A stretch of DNA of 64,000 nt, from the NCBI GenBank assembly GCA_963765125.1, contig CAVXUZ010000004.1, forward strand, positions 792 through 64,791. Reading direction: 5' to 3'. Position 1 is the stretch's first letter; each line of letters begins with the position of its first letter. The stretch is from an uncultured candidate division WWE3 bacterium. Lineage in GTDB: Bacteria; Patescibacteriota; WWE3; UBA101185; UBA10185. Of this stretch, positions 46,430 to 56,903 are shown piece by piece. A program made the position numbers and the translations under genes. The notes beneath the pieces were generated by a model. That model did not search any database, was not told the origin of the DNA, and saw nothing but the letters and a program-made list of their open reading frames with translations.

Positions 46430-49290
46430 TAAACGAATCTCTCAGAGTAAATTCTAGACTCCTGACAACCAGTTTGTTTTAGTAAATCAGTCGCACCTTT
46501 AATCATAGCAGGATGCCCACACAAATACGCCGAACAATTCATTGTATCTTTAAAATTTTGTTTAACTAAGTCGGTATTAAATCCTCTTGGGCCTGTCCAC
46601 GCAGGACTTGGCTCATATAAAACGTATTCGTAATTAAATTGTGGATATTTTTGCTTCAAATTGTCAAAAGTATCTTTCCAAAATATTTCTTCTTCACGTG
46701 TTAAACCATAATATAAAGTGTGTGCGGCTGTTGAATGTTCTTCTTCAAGTGACGTTTCGATCATACATCTTAATGCACTAATTCCAGAACCTGTTGCTAA
46801 AAATATTTTGTGGTCTGAACCATCGTCATTATGTAATACAAATACTCCAAATGGTCCTAAGAATTGCATTTTCTCTCCAACTTTTATTTTGTCAAAAAAT
46901 TGTGAACCAGGACCTCCAGGTCTTGTATCAACTAAGAGCGCGTATTTATTTGGACCGAGTTTTGATGCAATCGAGTAAGCTCTAATTGCTGTATCAGAAA
47001 CTTTTACGCTGACGTACTGACCAGCTTTAAAATCAAAAGGCTCGGCTGTCTCAAATTCAAAATAGTTGAATTTTGTTGCTGGCACAGTGTGAACGGTGCA
47101 TGTAGCTTCCTTAAGTTTTGGCCCCACTGCTGGTTTTTTACTTTCTTTGATGATGATTTTTCCATCAACTGCCCAAACGTTATCTTTTGTGACTATTACA
47201 GGATTAATTTCTATATCTGTAGCTTCTGGAATAAGTTCACCCATCTTTCCAACCCTAACGATTAAATCGTAAAGTTTTTCTAATGCGTACTGCGCAACGC
47301 CATCTTTATCTTTCAATAGTGAATAGATTTTTGAACCTTCAACAATCTTTTTTGCGTCGGTTAATTCTACAGGTAATAAATGAATATTCTTATCACCAAT
47401 CAAATCTGCATAATGACCACCTGCTCCAAAAAGAAGCAACGGACCAAATGTCGGGTCGGTTTTTATTCCAATAATTATCTCAACGCCACTCATTACATCT
47501 TTTTGTATTTGAAACGAAATTGTTTTTTTAATTTCGGTACTTAATTTTTCAGCGTTTAATAAAAGATCCATCCAGGCTTTTTCTAAACCTACGTTATCAA
47601 TAATATTTAAGATAACTCCACCGACTTTGTCTTTGTGTATAAGCCCTGGCGCAGACAACTTTAGAACAACTGGCCAACCATTTTCTGCAGCAAACGTTTT
47701 TGCTTCGTCGATACTCACTACATTTTTTGTCGGCGGTGTGTTTATTCCTACAACTTTAAATATTGAGTCGACATCGACGTTACCTACTGTTGTACTCCCT
47801 TCAGTAACTGTTTTTTGAATTATTGTTCTGATAACTCCAGTTTCGGGTGTAATTTCAAAAGGTGTACCAGCAAGTTCTTCTGGGTTGTTGATCTGACGCT
47901 TTTTAAACTGCCACATCGCGGAAAGTGCCTTAATAGCTCTTTCAGGAAATTCAAAAGACGGTATTTTATATTTATTGAGAGCCTTGGTACCTTGCTCGAC
48001 GGCTCTTCCACCGATAAATGAACAAAGTATTGGTTTTGCATATTTTTTAGATAACTCTCCTATTACTTGCGCAGTTTTTTCTGCTTCGGTCATTAGTTGA
48101 GGGGTAAGTAATACAATCAAAGAATCAACTTCGCTGTTTTGTAAAACTATTTCTATTGCTTCGGCAAACCTGTCTGAAAGTGCGTCACCCAAAACGTCTA
48201 CCGGATTAATAATGCTTGCCGATCTTGGTAACACATTTTGTAATTTAGTTTTTGTTGCGTCATCAAATTGAGCGAACTCAAGACCACTAGTTACAACCGA
48301 GTCCGCGCTAATAACTGCCGGCCCACCTGCATTAGAGATTACTGCAACTTTTGGTCCTAATGGAGAATTTTCCCATGCAAACGCACGTGAATAATCAAAA
48401 AATTCTTCGAGTGTGTAACATCTAATCGCACCTGATTGCTTTAAAACTTCGTCGAGTACTGCGTCTTCGCCTGCGATTGCCCCTGTGTGTGATTGCATTG
48501 CTTTTGCAGCCGCTGTGGTTTTTCCTGGCTTAATAATTAATACGGGATCTTTTTTTGATATTTCTGAAATGTAACGTAAAAGTTCTGGGCCATTTGCTAT
48601 CGACTCTAAATATAAACCGATCGGCCTCACATTTGATAACCCCTCAGGAAGATGTGTAACCAGCTGGTCTTGGCTCTGTCTTAAGAAATTAAAAAGAATA
48701 TCGTTTTCAGTGATGCCTGCTTTATTCCCTAAAGTTACAAATTCACTAACCCCAAGACCTGTTGTGTTGCAATAATCAACCAAACTCGCTGCAATTGCAC
48801 CAGATTGTGTTATAAATCTCAAATTTCCAGATTCTTGTACTTTTTCAGCAAACGTGGCGTTCAAAGAGATTTGTGTATTAACAAAACCTAAACAGTTAGG
48901 ACCTAGCAAATTAATTGAAAACTTCTTTGCTATATCGATTAGATTTTTTTCTAGCTTTTCTCCTTCTGCACCGATTTCTTTAAACCCCGCGGACAACACC
49001 ACAACATTTTTTACTCCCTTTTCGCCGAGTTTAGTTACCGCATCACCTACAACAGTTGAAGGAATGCATACTATGGCGAGTTCTGGAACTTCTGGTATCG
49101 CAGATACGTCAACAAACGCAGTAAATCCTTGAATATCTGTAGCGTTTGGGTTAATAGGAAATATTTTTCCACTATAACCAGATTCTTTTATGTTTTTTAC
49201 AACTATTGAACCTAGTTTTTCTGGTGATCTTGATGCTCCGATAATCGCTATCGATTTGGGATAGAAAAAATTCGTCAACTCTGTGGGCAT
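46429..49290 (-). CDS. ADP-forming acetate--CoA ligase (alpha+beta) fused to a C-terminal FNR-like FAD/NAD(P) reductase domain
   Basis: PKSIAIIGAS, GPNCLG, SHTGA, NPVD, HKDKVGGV, EINP; then FKAGQY, RAYSIAS, GPGS, GPFG, ATGSGI, YLCGHP. Confidence 0.9.
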   Translation of the reverse strand: MPTELTNFFYPKSIAIIGASRSPEKLGSIVVKNIKESGYSGKIFPINPNATDIQGFTAFVDVSAIPEVPELAIVCIPSTVVGDAVTKLGEKGVKNVVVLSAGFKEIGAEGEKLEKNLIDIAKKFSINLLGPNCLGFVNTQISLNATFAEKVQESGNLRFITQSGAIAASLVDYCNTTGLGVSEFVTLGNKAGITENDILFNFLRQSQDQLVTHLPEGLSNVRPIGLYLESIANGPELLRYISEISKKDPVLIIKPGKTTAAAKAMQSHTGAIAGEDAVLDEVLKQSGAIRCYTLEEFFDYSRAFAWENSPLGPKVAVISNAGGPAVISADSVVTSGLEFAQFDDATKTKLQNVLPRSASIINPVDVLGDALSDRFAEAIEIVLQNSEVDSLIVLLTPQLMTEAEKTAQVIGELSKKYAKPILCSFIGGRAVEQGTKALNKYKIPSFEFPERAIKALSAMWQFKKRQINNPEELAGTPFEITPETGVIRTIIQKTVTEGSTTVGNVDVDSIFKVVGINTPPTKNVVSIDEAKTFAAENGWPVVLKLSAPGLIHKDKVGGVILNIIDNVGLEKAWMDLLLNAEKLSTEIKKTISFQIQKDVMSGVEIIIGIKTDPTFGPLLLFGAGGHYADLIGDKNIHLLPVELTDAKKIVEGSKIYSLLKDKDGVAQYALEKLYDLIVRVGKMGELIPEATDIEINPVIVTKDNVWAVDGKIIIKESKKPAVGPKLKEATCTVHTVPATKFNYFEFETAEPFDFKAGQYVSVKVSDTAIRAYSIASKLGPNKYALLVDTRPGGPGSQFFDKIKVGEKMQFLGPFGVFVLHNDDGSDHKIFLATGSGISALRCMIETSLEEEHSTAAHTLYYGLTREEEIFWKDTFDNLKQKYPQFNYEYVLYEPSPAWTGPRGFNTDLVKQNFKDTMNCSAYLCGHPAMIKGATDLLKQTGCQESRIYSERFV

Positions 49291-49360
49291 ACGTTCAGTT
49301 TATTGGAGTTTACAGCAGGTGTCAAAGACCTAAACCTTCAACTCCTGTTAAAATAAAGGG

Positions 49361-50293
49361 GTGAAGAAACTAATTAGTTTTATAGTTCTTATAGCCCTGG
49401 TAGCAGTTATTTATCTTAATTTTTCTAACATAAAAGCTTACTACAATAGATGGGTAGTATTTTCTTTTTGTGACAACCCAATTACATATAGGGTTGGTGA
49501 AATTGACCCCAAATTTAATCTCAACAATGACGAGCTTAAAAAATACATTGATGAAGGAGCAGACGTTTGGAATACAATGCTAGGTAAAAAACTGTTTATT
49601 TACGATTCCAATTCAGAACTCGAAATAAGTCTTGTTTATGACGAAAGGCAAGAGACGATGAAAAAAGTTAGTGATGAGAGAACACAGGTCGAAAAACAAA
49701 AAGCTACATATGATAGAGAACTTGCAGATTTTGAAAATGAAAAGCAAACGGTGCAAGCTTCCCTAAATAAATTAAATGATGAAATTCAGTACTGGAATTC
49801 AAAAGGTGGCGCGCCTGAAGATGTCTATGATGACTTAATCAACAAGCAAAAAATAATTCAAAAGGACATCGATAGAATTAATCAAGAAACAGAAAGAATA
49901 AATTCATTAGTAGATAGATTAAATAACGAGATAGAAAACCTTAATGATAAAGTGAGCAAATTCAATAATATTTTAACTACAAAACCGGAGCAGGGGCTTT
50001 TTATTGGTGGTGCAAAAAGAATTGAAATATACATATATGATGATAAAAATAGTTTTGTTCACACAATTGCGCATGAGCTCGGTCACGCGCTAGGTCTAGA
50101 CCACACAGACGCGGATCTAGCAATAATGAACCCAACCTCCTCGCCAGATTCAAAAGTAACCGAGGCAGATAAAGAACTGCTGGCAGCGCTCTGTTCCGAA
50201 CAAGATAGAATGCAACTATTTGTAAATGACACCAAAATGATTATCCAAAGACTCTTTTCTGAATTGAAAAATGTGATACCATTGAAAACATGA
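49361..50293 (+). CDS. matrixin family metalloprotease with coiled-coil insert
   Basis: HELGHALGLDH...IMNP; N-terminal anchor. Confidence 0.88.
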   Translation: MKKLISFIVLIALVAVIYLNFSNIKAYYNRWVVFSFCDNPITYRVGEIDPKFNLNNDELKKYIDEGADVWNTMLGKKLFIYDSNSELEISLVYDERQETMKKVSDERTQVEKQKATYDRELADFENEKQTVQASLNKLNDEIQYWNSKGGAPEDVYDDLINKQKIIQKDIDRINQETERINSLVDRLNNEIENLNDKVSKFNNILTTKPEQGLFIGGAKRIEIYIYDDKNSFVHTIAHELGHALGLDHTDADLAIMNPTSSPDSKVTEADKELLAALCSEQDRMQLFVNDTKMIIQRLFSELKNVIPLKT

Positions 50294-50697
50294 AAAAATC
50301 AATAAAGTTTATACTCATTGCAACATTATTAATTGTTGTTTACTCATTTTTAAAGAGAAAGCCATTAGATAAAATTGAATTTTCAGAAAATATTAATGAT
50401 GTAGTTTCACCTGTCGAAAGAGTTGCAAACTATAGAGCTGATTTTGGATTGTGTCAAAAAGGTTTGAAAATTGAAATTCCTTCTAAATCTGGTTCGTCAA
50501 AGTTATTTATTAACGATAAAACTGAAACTGACTGTATTGCTCAAACTATTTTTGAATCACAAGGTGGTTTTTTTACAAATGATTGTCTAATACCACTTTC
50601 CACAGGAACTGTCGTCTTTAATGGTGAGAACTTTGAAGAAATCTCAAACTACTGCCAAATAAACTCAACCGGTACCGGTCTCCTCGAACTTAATTAA
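50290..50697 (+). CDS. hypothetical membrane-anchored protein
   Basis: N-terminal TM, 4 Cys; overlaps the upstream stop. Confidence 0.65.
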   Translation: MKKSIKFILIATLLIVVYSFLKRKPLDKIEFSENINDVVSPVERVANYRADFGLCQKGLKIEIPSKSGSSKLFINDKTETDCIAQTIFESQGGFFTNDCLIPLSTGTVVFNGENFEEISNYCQINSTGTGLLELN

Positions 50698-50720
50698 GTG
50701 CTATATTAGTTTTATTCTTT

Positions 50721-52268
50721 ATGGAAATAAACAAAATATTGCCATTTATCGCGATTTTCTTAGTTTTAGCCTTAATTACTGTAATTGTACTTTTCTCACC
50801 AAGGACTAAGGGCGAGAAAATAGTCGAAAACATCATCAACACAGCAAAAAACAACATTTCTGAAAAAATAAGAAAAAGTTCAGTTGCAGGTCAATTTTAT
50901 ACAGACGACCCACAAAAACTGTCTTTAGAGCTAGAAAACTATATTAATTCCGCCAGTAAAATACAAACGCAAGGCAAGTTAAGAATACTTGTTTCACCGC
51001 ACGCAGGAACACAATACTCTGGAAAAACCGCGGGGGCTGCGTTTAAGCAAATTGATCCTAAAAATTATAAAAGGGTGATTATTCTTGGAGTAAGCCACGA
51101 GAATGTTATTAATAAAGCTGCTGTAATTTCAAAAGGATACTGGGATACCCCTCTTGGTAAATTACATATTGACGAAGAAGCCGCTAAAAAAATAGTTAAC
51201 GGTCATAATATTATCGAGAATGATACTGCACATAACAACGAGCACTCAATTGAATTAATTGGAATATTTGTTAAATACTTGTTTGGTGATGTAAAAATAG
51301 TACCTATTCTTCTCGGTCAAACTGATGATACATTATTAAATTCTTTAGCGTACACTATTGCAAATAATTTTGACGATGAAACATTACTCATCGTAAGTAC
51401 TGATCTTTCGCACTATCCAAATTGGGACGATGCGGTGAAATCAGATACTAATGTTATTAATTCTCTACTTACAGGAAATATAAATACTTTTGAAAATGCA
51501 GTTTTAGAAAATAAATCTGCAAATTATCCCAATCACAGTACATCAGCCTGTGGCTACGAACCACTAAGAGTCGCACTTAAAATATCAGATATTTTAAAGT
51601 TTAAAGAAATTAAAAAAATTGATTACACAAATTCAGGTGATATTACTGGGGACAAATCTCGTGTTGTGGGATACGGCGCTGTAGGCTTCTATAGCAACGA
51701 TATTACGCCCGTCACCTTAAGCCAAAATGCCAAACAAGAACTTCTAAGACTTGCACGCGCTACGATTGAAAGTTATGTAAAAAGTAACACTATTTTAAAT
51801 TTTGCACCGATAAATGATGAGCTCTTTTTACCGCTCGGCGCATTTGTAACATTAACAGAAAATGATCAGCTTCGTGGCTGCATCGGAGAATTTGAACCTA
51901 ATTACCCTCTATACGAAGTCATTCAAAGCGTGTCGATTTCTTCGGCTACCAAAGATCCTAGATTTAGACCAGTCACTACAGCAGAATTAGATAAAATTAA
52001 TATTGAGATCTCCACGATGACTCCTCAAGTACAGATATATGATTGGAAAGATATTAAACTAGGAGTTCATGGTGTAAGAATACAAAACGGTAATAAATCT
52101 GGAACTTTTCTTCCACAGGTAGCAACAGATAACAAATGGGATTTAGAAACGTTTTTACAAAATCTTTGTACTGAAAAAGCTAATCTTGATGAGGACTGTT
52201 ATAAAAATCCAGAAACAAAGATATACGTATTTGAAACTGACATTTTTGAAGAAACTCACGAAAACTAG
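50721..52268 (+). CDS. AmmeMemoRadiSam proteins B (MEMO1) and A (AMMECR1) fusion with N-terminal anchor
   Basis: VAGQFY, PHAG..YSG, EHS.E, STDLSHY, ACG, VVGY; then GAFVT...LRGCIG, DPRF, GTFLPQV. Confidence 0.9.
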   Translation: MEINKILPFIAIFLVLALITVIVLFSPRTKGEKIVENIINTAKNNISEKIRKSSVAGQFYTDDPQKLSLELENYINSASKIQTQGKLRILVSPHAGTQYSGKTAGAAFKQIDPKNYKRVIILGVSHENVINKAAVISKGYWDTPLGKLHIDEEAAKKIVNGHNIIENDTAHNNEHSIELIGIFVKYLFGDVKIVPILLGQTDDTLLNSLAYTIANNFDDETLLIVSTDLSHYPNWDDAVKSDTNVINSLLTGNINTFENAVLENKSANYPNHSTSACGYEPLRVALKISDILKFKEIKKIDYTNSGDITGDKSRVVGYGAVGFYSNDITPVTLSQNAKQELLRLARATIESYVKSNTILNFAPINDELFLPLGAFVTLTENDQLRGCIGEFEPNYPLYEVIQSVSISSATKDPRFRPVTTAELDKINIEISTMTPQVQIYDWKDIKLGVHGVRIQNGNKSGTFLPQVATDNKWDLETFLQNLCTEKANLDEDCYKNPETKIYVFETDIFEETHEN

Positions 52269-54019
52269 TTTGACTTTAATGCAAGTTCTATATCATTAAG
52301 TCGTTTAAGTGCGTATTGATTATTTGGGTCGATAGCTAGCGACCTCTCAAAAAGTTTTTTAGAATCTTCGTAATTACCTAGTTCGAAATAAAATTCTGCA
52401 ACGTTAAGGTTGTACTCGATTTGCTCCATATCAAGCGCTAAAGCCCTATTTAAGAAGAATGAGATTGTCTTAATATCAGAGTTTTTCTCACTTTCACGTT
52501 TTGCATAATCAAAAAAATCCCTTGCTCTATTAGCATCCTGCGTAGGCTTGGCATAATCTTCTCTGTATATAAGAGGTCCGAATTGAATGTAAATATATCC
52601 AAGGTTGCTAATTGCTGTACCAGACGTAGGAATTACTGTTAAACCTTTTTCATAAAACGCAACTGCTTTTTTAATATCACCCTTCATAAAATAATGTCCA
52701 CCTACATCGTTGTATGGCCTTACACTTAACGGCGATGCTTTCATTGTTGCGTATGCCAATGTTTCAGTATCTTGCCAATCATTATTTCTCATTATCGTTC
52801 GAACAGAGTATATAATTAGAAGCAAACCAAAAGCTCCATAAATAAAGAATTTATTTTTCCATTTAGATTCAAGCTTCTCAAATAATAATGCAACCATGAT
52901 TGCAAAAAATGCAGTTCCTGTATAAAGATACCTTTCTGCTAAAAACCATGTAATTTTTATTGGGGAGTACGCCGGCGCAATTAATATGGGTAATATTATT
53001 AAGAGTCCTGTTAACTTTCTGTTTCTTTTCCAAAAATAAATAATGAGAGAAACGTAGGCGATAAATGCTGTGTACATGGATAAATAAAGAAGTGGCGTTA
53101 CTGCCATTCCATCATAGTAGACAGATAAATTCTTAGGAAAAAGATATAAGCCTGACATCAAATACGTGGTATACGGATAACCTTGTACGACAGGTATAAA
53201 CGACTGTGTGTTTATCGTTATTCTCGTTCCGCCTTCGCTTCTAGTATTCAATCTATTTGCGTAAATATCAGGAAAAACTGTAGCAAGATATACGCCAATT
53301 GGGATGAGCAATAAAATCACCCACCATAATTTTTTAATATTTAACTTTTTCTCAAAAAAGAATTGGTCTAGAACTACAAGTGCCATAGGAGTTACTAAAA
53401 CCCACGGAGACCTGAGTAATATTATCTGCAAAATGTATAAAACAATCATCACGGATAAATAAATATATTTGCTTTTGTTGCTTTTTTTGAATAGCAGGTA
53501 AAAAAGAAATATTAAGAGATTAAACAAACCTGTATATAGATACGGGCTGCCACTTATCCAAGTGGATGCCTCTGTGTTTATTGGGTGAACTAAAAATACT
53601 AACGACGCAATAATCGCCTTTTTCTGATCAAATAAAAGGTACACAAAAAAGTACACCAAGATGCTGGCTGTTAAATGCAACGCTAGCGAAACAATTCTTA
53701 ATGGCAAAGGGTTATATTGAAAAAAATGATATGAAATAGCGTAAACGGTTTTTTGTATGCTTAGTGATTTTACAGTTGCAACCAAATCTTTAATATTTTC
53801 GTCATAAACAAACCCCTGTATATCGTCAACTAACGTTAGCTGGTTGTCCAATGAATTAAAATAAACCCCCAAACCAATCAGTAGAAGAACAACAATCACT
53901 ATTAGGTGCATAAAAAGCCTGCTTTTTTTAGTGTTAGTTTCAGTGACAACAACAGCTTTTTCTACGTCTCTTTGCTCTTTTTGAAGTTCAATTTTCTGCT
54001 TCCTTGTCAGTTTAACCAT
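52265..54019 (-). CDS. TMTC-like GT-C glycosyltransferase with C-terminal TPRs
   Basis: DD motif, FLVHPINTEA..WISG, AERYLY, RNNDW, TPR repeats. Confidence 0.8.
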   Translation of the reverse strand: MVKLTRKQKIELQKEQRDVEKAVVVTETNTKKSRLFMHLIVIVVLLLIGLGVYFNSLDNQLTLVDDIQGFVYDENIKDLVATVKSLSIQKTVYAISYHFFQYNPLPLRIVSLALHLTASILVYFFVYLLFDQKKAIIASLVFLVHPINTEASTWISGSPYLYTGLFNLLIFLFYLLFKKSNKSKYIYLSVMIVLYILQIILLRSPWVLVTPMALVVLDQFFFEKKLNIKKLWWVILLLIPIGVYLATVFPDIYANRLNTRSEGGTRITINTQSFIPVVQGYPYTTYLMSGLYLFPKNLSVYYDGMAVTPLLYLSMYTAFIAYVSLIIYFWKRNRKLTGLLIILPILIAPAYSPIKITWFLAERYLYTGTAFFAIMVALLFEKLESKWKNKFFIYGAFGLLLIIYSVRTIMRNNDWQDTETLAYATMKASPLSVRPYNDVGGHYFMKGDIKKAVAFYEKGLTVIPTSGTAISNLGYIYIQFGPLIYREDYAKPTQDANRARDFFDYAKRESEKNSDIKTISFFLNRALALDMEQIEYNLNVAEFYFELGNYEDSKKLFERSLAIDPNNQYALKRLNDIELALKSN

Positions 54020-54048
54020 ATTTTATGATTTTATCATTCTGGGAGGAT

Positions 54049-54732
54049 TTATGAATCTTTATAACAAAATATTGAGGATTCTTCATTACCTTTGTACACC
54101 AGCGCGGGATACTCGTTAAAGTCAGATTCGAAATCATTTAGTCTGTGCATTAAACCGCTTTTTGCCTCGGTGTTTAAAATAACAAAATTTTTTGAAAAAT
54201 ACTGGCCAATGCACTGAACCGTCGCTGTTAATCTTATCTTTTGGTGTTCGGCGTGTTCATAGGCTATAAAATATTTGTTGCTAACAACTGGCTCTGTGTG
54301 TGGAAATATTCCAGCAGTACTTCCATCTTCACCCATACTCATAATAGATACGACTTTTCCAGCATAAAGTTGCATTAATTCTAGTAACTCGCTTTCATAC
54401 CCACTTGCTTCAACTTTTGGATTAGAAAGGTTCGCACTTAGTATTGAATGAAATTCTGATTTCTCCCACATTACACGCCCAATAATTCCCGAGTCTTTTA
54501 ATAAAAGTTCATGGCTATCTCGGTGCTGATTTGATGCACCCCACACCTCGTCTACCATTGCAACATGTTTAGGAAAAGGAAAATTAAAACTTGTAGATAT
54601 GTGTTTGTAAAGATCGGTTAATGAATTGCCCCCAGATAACATTAATAAATAGTCTTTTGTGCCGATCGCGTTCAACGCCTCGATCACTCGCTGGTTCGCT
54701 TCTAGTTTAGAATTTAAATCAAAGATGTTCAT
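54049..54732 (-). CDS. 6-phosphogluconolactonase-like protein
   Basis: LSGGNS, VDE, MGEDGSTAGIFP, RLT. Confidence 0.75.
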   Translation of the reverse strand: MNIFDLNSKLEANQRVIEALNAIGTKDYLLMLSGGNSLTDLYKHISTSFNFPFPKHVAMVDEVWGASNQHRDSHELLLKDSGIIGRVMWEKSEFHSILSANLSNPKVEASGYESELLELMQLYAGKVVSIMSMGEDGSTAGIFPHTEPVVSNKYFIAYEHAEHQKIRLTATVQCIGQYFSKNFVILNTEAKSGLMHRLNDFESDFNEYPALVYKGNEESSIFCYKDS

Positions 54733-54796
54733 ATGAAAATCACAACAATAACCACTCTACCGTTTTGATTATGATATCATGCGACTTCAGTCTTTT

Positions 54797-55102
54797 TTAG
54801 TAGTCAATATCAGACAAATCCTCAGATTCATCTATAGACAAAATGATATTATCGAGCTCTTCCATTGCGTCGTTATCTATAACCGCCGGAGTTGCCTTTG
54901 GTTCTGCAATCTCTTCAAATTTAGGCATATCCTCATTTTTTGACTCTTCACTTGTAACAACAGTCTCGGTATTGTCTTTCATCATGTTCTGTGAAGTTGT
55001 TGTATCTTTAAAATAAAGAAATATACCTACAATTAAAACCGCTGCAATTAACAAGAGCACACCTGCGGACACTCCTTTACCATCTCTTTGAAATATATTC
55101 AT
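54797..55102 (-). CDS. small single-TM acidic protein
   Basis: KG + hydrophobic helix followed by an acidic tail. Confidence 0.65.
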   Translation of the reverse strand: MNIFQRDGKGVSAGVLLLIAAVLIVGIFLYFKDTTTSQNMMKDNTETVVTSEESKNEDMPKFEEIAEPKATPAVIDNDAMEELDNIILSIDESEDLSDIDY

Positions 55103-55104
55103 TT

Positions 55105-55773
55105 TTACTCGTCCTCCATTTCTTCAGAACTATTTAATTCTACGGCTTGGGTACGTAAATCTTTGATGTCTTCTCTTATTTCATCTCGATAAAATTCTCT
55201 GATGGCAATTCTCTGATCTCTTACTGATTTAAGAAGTTCTTTTGAATCTGCTAAGTATTCTCTAAAATCTTCGTCCTTATCACCGCAGGCGTATCCTCTA
55301 ACATTATCGATAGAGTCAATTAGTTGAGCTAAAAGATCAGAGTAATCTCCAACCATCACGTCGAGTGACTCAATATCTACCTCAAGAGCCTCAGTATCAA
55401 GACCAAACTCCTGCATTCTCGCAACAATATTTCTAAGTTTATCTAGTAGCTCCGTGTACATGTTGCCATGGTTTAATCTATGTTCTCTAAATCTCTCTAC
55501 TCTTCCGTCAACACGCTCCTCAATGTTTTCGCACACTCTTTCACGACGCTCTTCCTTGTTCTCATCAAAAAGGTTGAGCTTTCCTCGAATGTCGATTTTC
55601 GTTTTATCAACTTCGATCTGCTCCATCGCAGGTTTATCTGTGCCGAAAATATTAAGCTTACTCTTCAGCTTTGAATTACCAGATAAATCTGGCATCTCTG
55701 CGCTGACAACTGGAATAAACAAAAATAAGAAAATTAGTACAAAAAACGTTGGAAATAGTATTTTTTTGTTCAT
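55105..55773 (-). CDS. secreted helical/coiled-coil protein (paralog of 57796)
   Basis: signal peptide; Cys pair and G.DT..L motif shared with the 57796 gene. Confidence 0.7.
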   Translation of the reverse strand: MNKKILFPTFFVLIFLFLFIPVVSAEMPDLSGNSKLKSKLNIFGTDKPAMEQIEVDKTKIDIRGKLNLFDENKEERRERVCENIEERVDGRVERFREHRLNHGNMYTELLDKLRNIVARMQEFGLDTEALEVDIESLDVMVGDYSDLLAQLIDSIDNVRGYACGDKDEDFREYLADSKELLKSVRDQRIAIREFYRDEIREDIKDLRTQAVELNSSEEMEDE

Positions 55774-55810
55774 AGATTTAGAATAGTTCAGGGGACTGCT
55801 CCTGTCAAAC

Positions 55811-56893
55811 TCAAACCTTGATTAAGTCCGTCAACATCGTGTAAAAACGCATGTTATGTATAGTTGCAAGCCTGTAAGCAGAAACGTCGCCAAGTTTAAA
55901 TAAATGTCTGAGATACGCTTTTGAAAAATATTTACACATCTCACAATCGCAATACTTACTAATCGGGATCTTATCAGATTCGTATTTTGCCTTATCAATA
56001 TAAATATATTCGTAAAAATTACTGCTTTTTTTAAAATTAATTTTTTTAGGGTCTTGTTTGAAGATGTACAACCTTCTGTGTCTCGCATCACGAGTTGGTA
56101 AAGTACAATCGAATATATCCCATCCCATTTGATAAAGAGCAGAAATGTCATCCGGCCTCCCAACACCGAGCGCAAATTTAATTTTATCGTTTGGAATTAA
56201 GTCAGCAATATATTTTGAAAGCTTAAGGTCCATTTTTCCCTCTGCATTTACCACGTAACCACCATAGCCGTAGGCATCAAAATTTAGTTTCACTAAAGCC
56301 TCCGCACATCTCTTTCGCTCTTCTTTAAAATATCCGCCTTGAATTACTGCCAACAAAAACGGGCGAGTTTTATCAGTCATTTTTCTTTTTTTAACCTGTC
56401 GATCAAATTCTTTTTTGCTCTTCTCAGCCCACAGAATTGTTCTATCTACGCTGTTTTCCGCTGTTTTTGTATCTGCGTCTGGGGGAGTAAAATCATCAAG
56501 ACAAATAACAATATCAGATTCAATTTCAAACTGAACTTTTATTGACTCTTCTGGCGTAAATATTTCTTTTTTGCCACCACCGATAATAAATTCAACACCC
56601 GCGTCAGTAATTTTTCCCCCACTACTATTTCTATGAATTAAAGAAAACACCTGCCAACCCCCACTGTCAGAAACAACCAGCCCGTCATAATTCATAAAAC
56701 CTTTAATTCCACCAAACTTTTTTAGAATTTTTGTTCCAGGAGACGTTTGTAAATGATAGGTATTTACTACAACACCTTTAACTTGTGCATTTTTTAAATC
56801 TTGAGAATCAACACTTTTAGTTACACCTCTAGTTGCATCGGGTAAATAAATCGGTAGGCAGTACTTTTTACCTTTTATTATTACTTCTTTCAT
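55811..56893 (-). CDS. tgt: tRNA-guanine transglycosylase
   Basis: NTYHL, DSGGWQVFS, IQGG, LGVG.P, FDCTLPTR, CDCEMC...IHN. Confidence 0.92.
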   Translation of the reverse strand: MKEVIIKGKKYCLPIYLPDATRGVTKSVDSQDLKNAQVKGVVVNTYHLQTSPGTKILKKFGGIKGFMNYDGLVVSDSGGWQVFSLIHRNSSGGKITDAGVEFIIGGGKKEIFTPEESIKVQFEIESDIVICLDDFTPPDADTKTAENSVDRTILWAEKSKKEFDRQVKKRKMTDKTRPFLLAVIQGGYFKEERKRCAEALVKLNFDAYGYGGYVVNAEGKMDLKLSKYIADLIPNDKIKFALGVGRPDDISALYQMGWDIFDCTLPTRDARHRRLYIFKQDPKKINFKKSSNFYEYIYIDKAKYESDKIPISKYCDCEMCKYFSKAYLRHLFKLGDVSAYRLATIHNMRFYTMLTDLIKV

Positions 56894-56903
56894 ATATTAA
56901 AAA

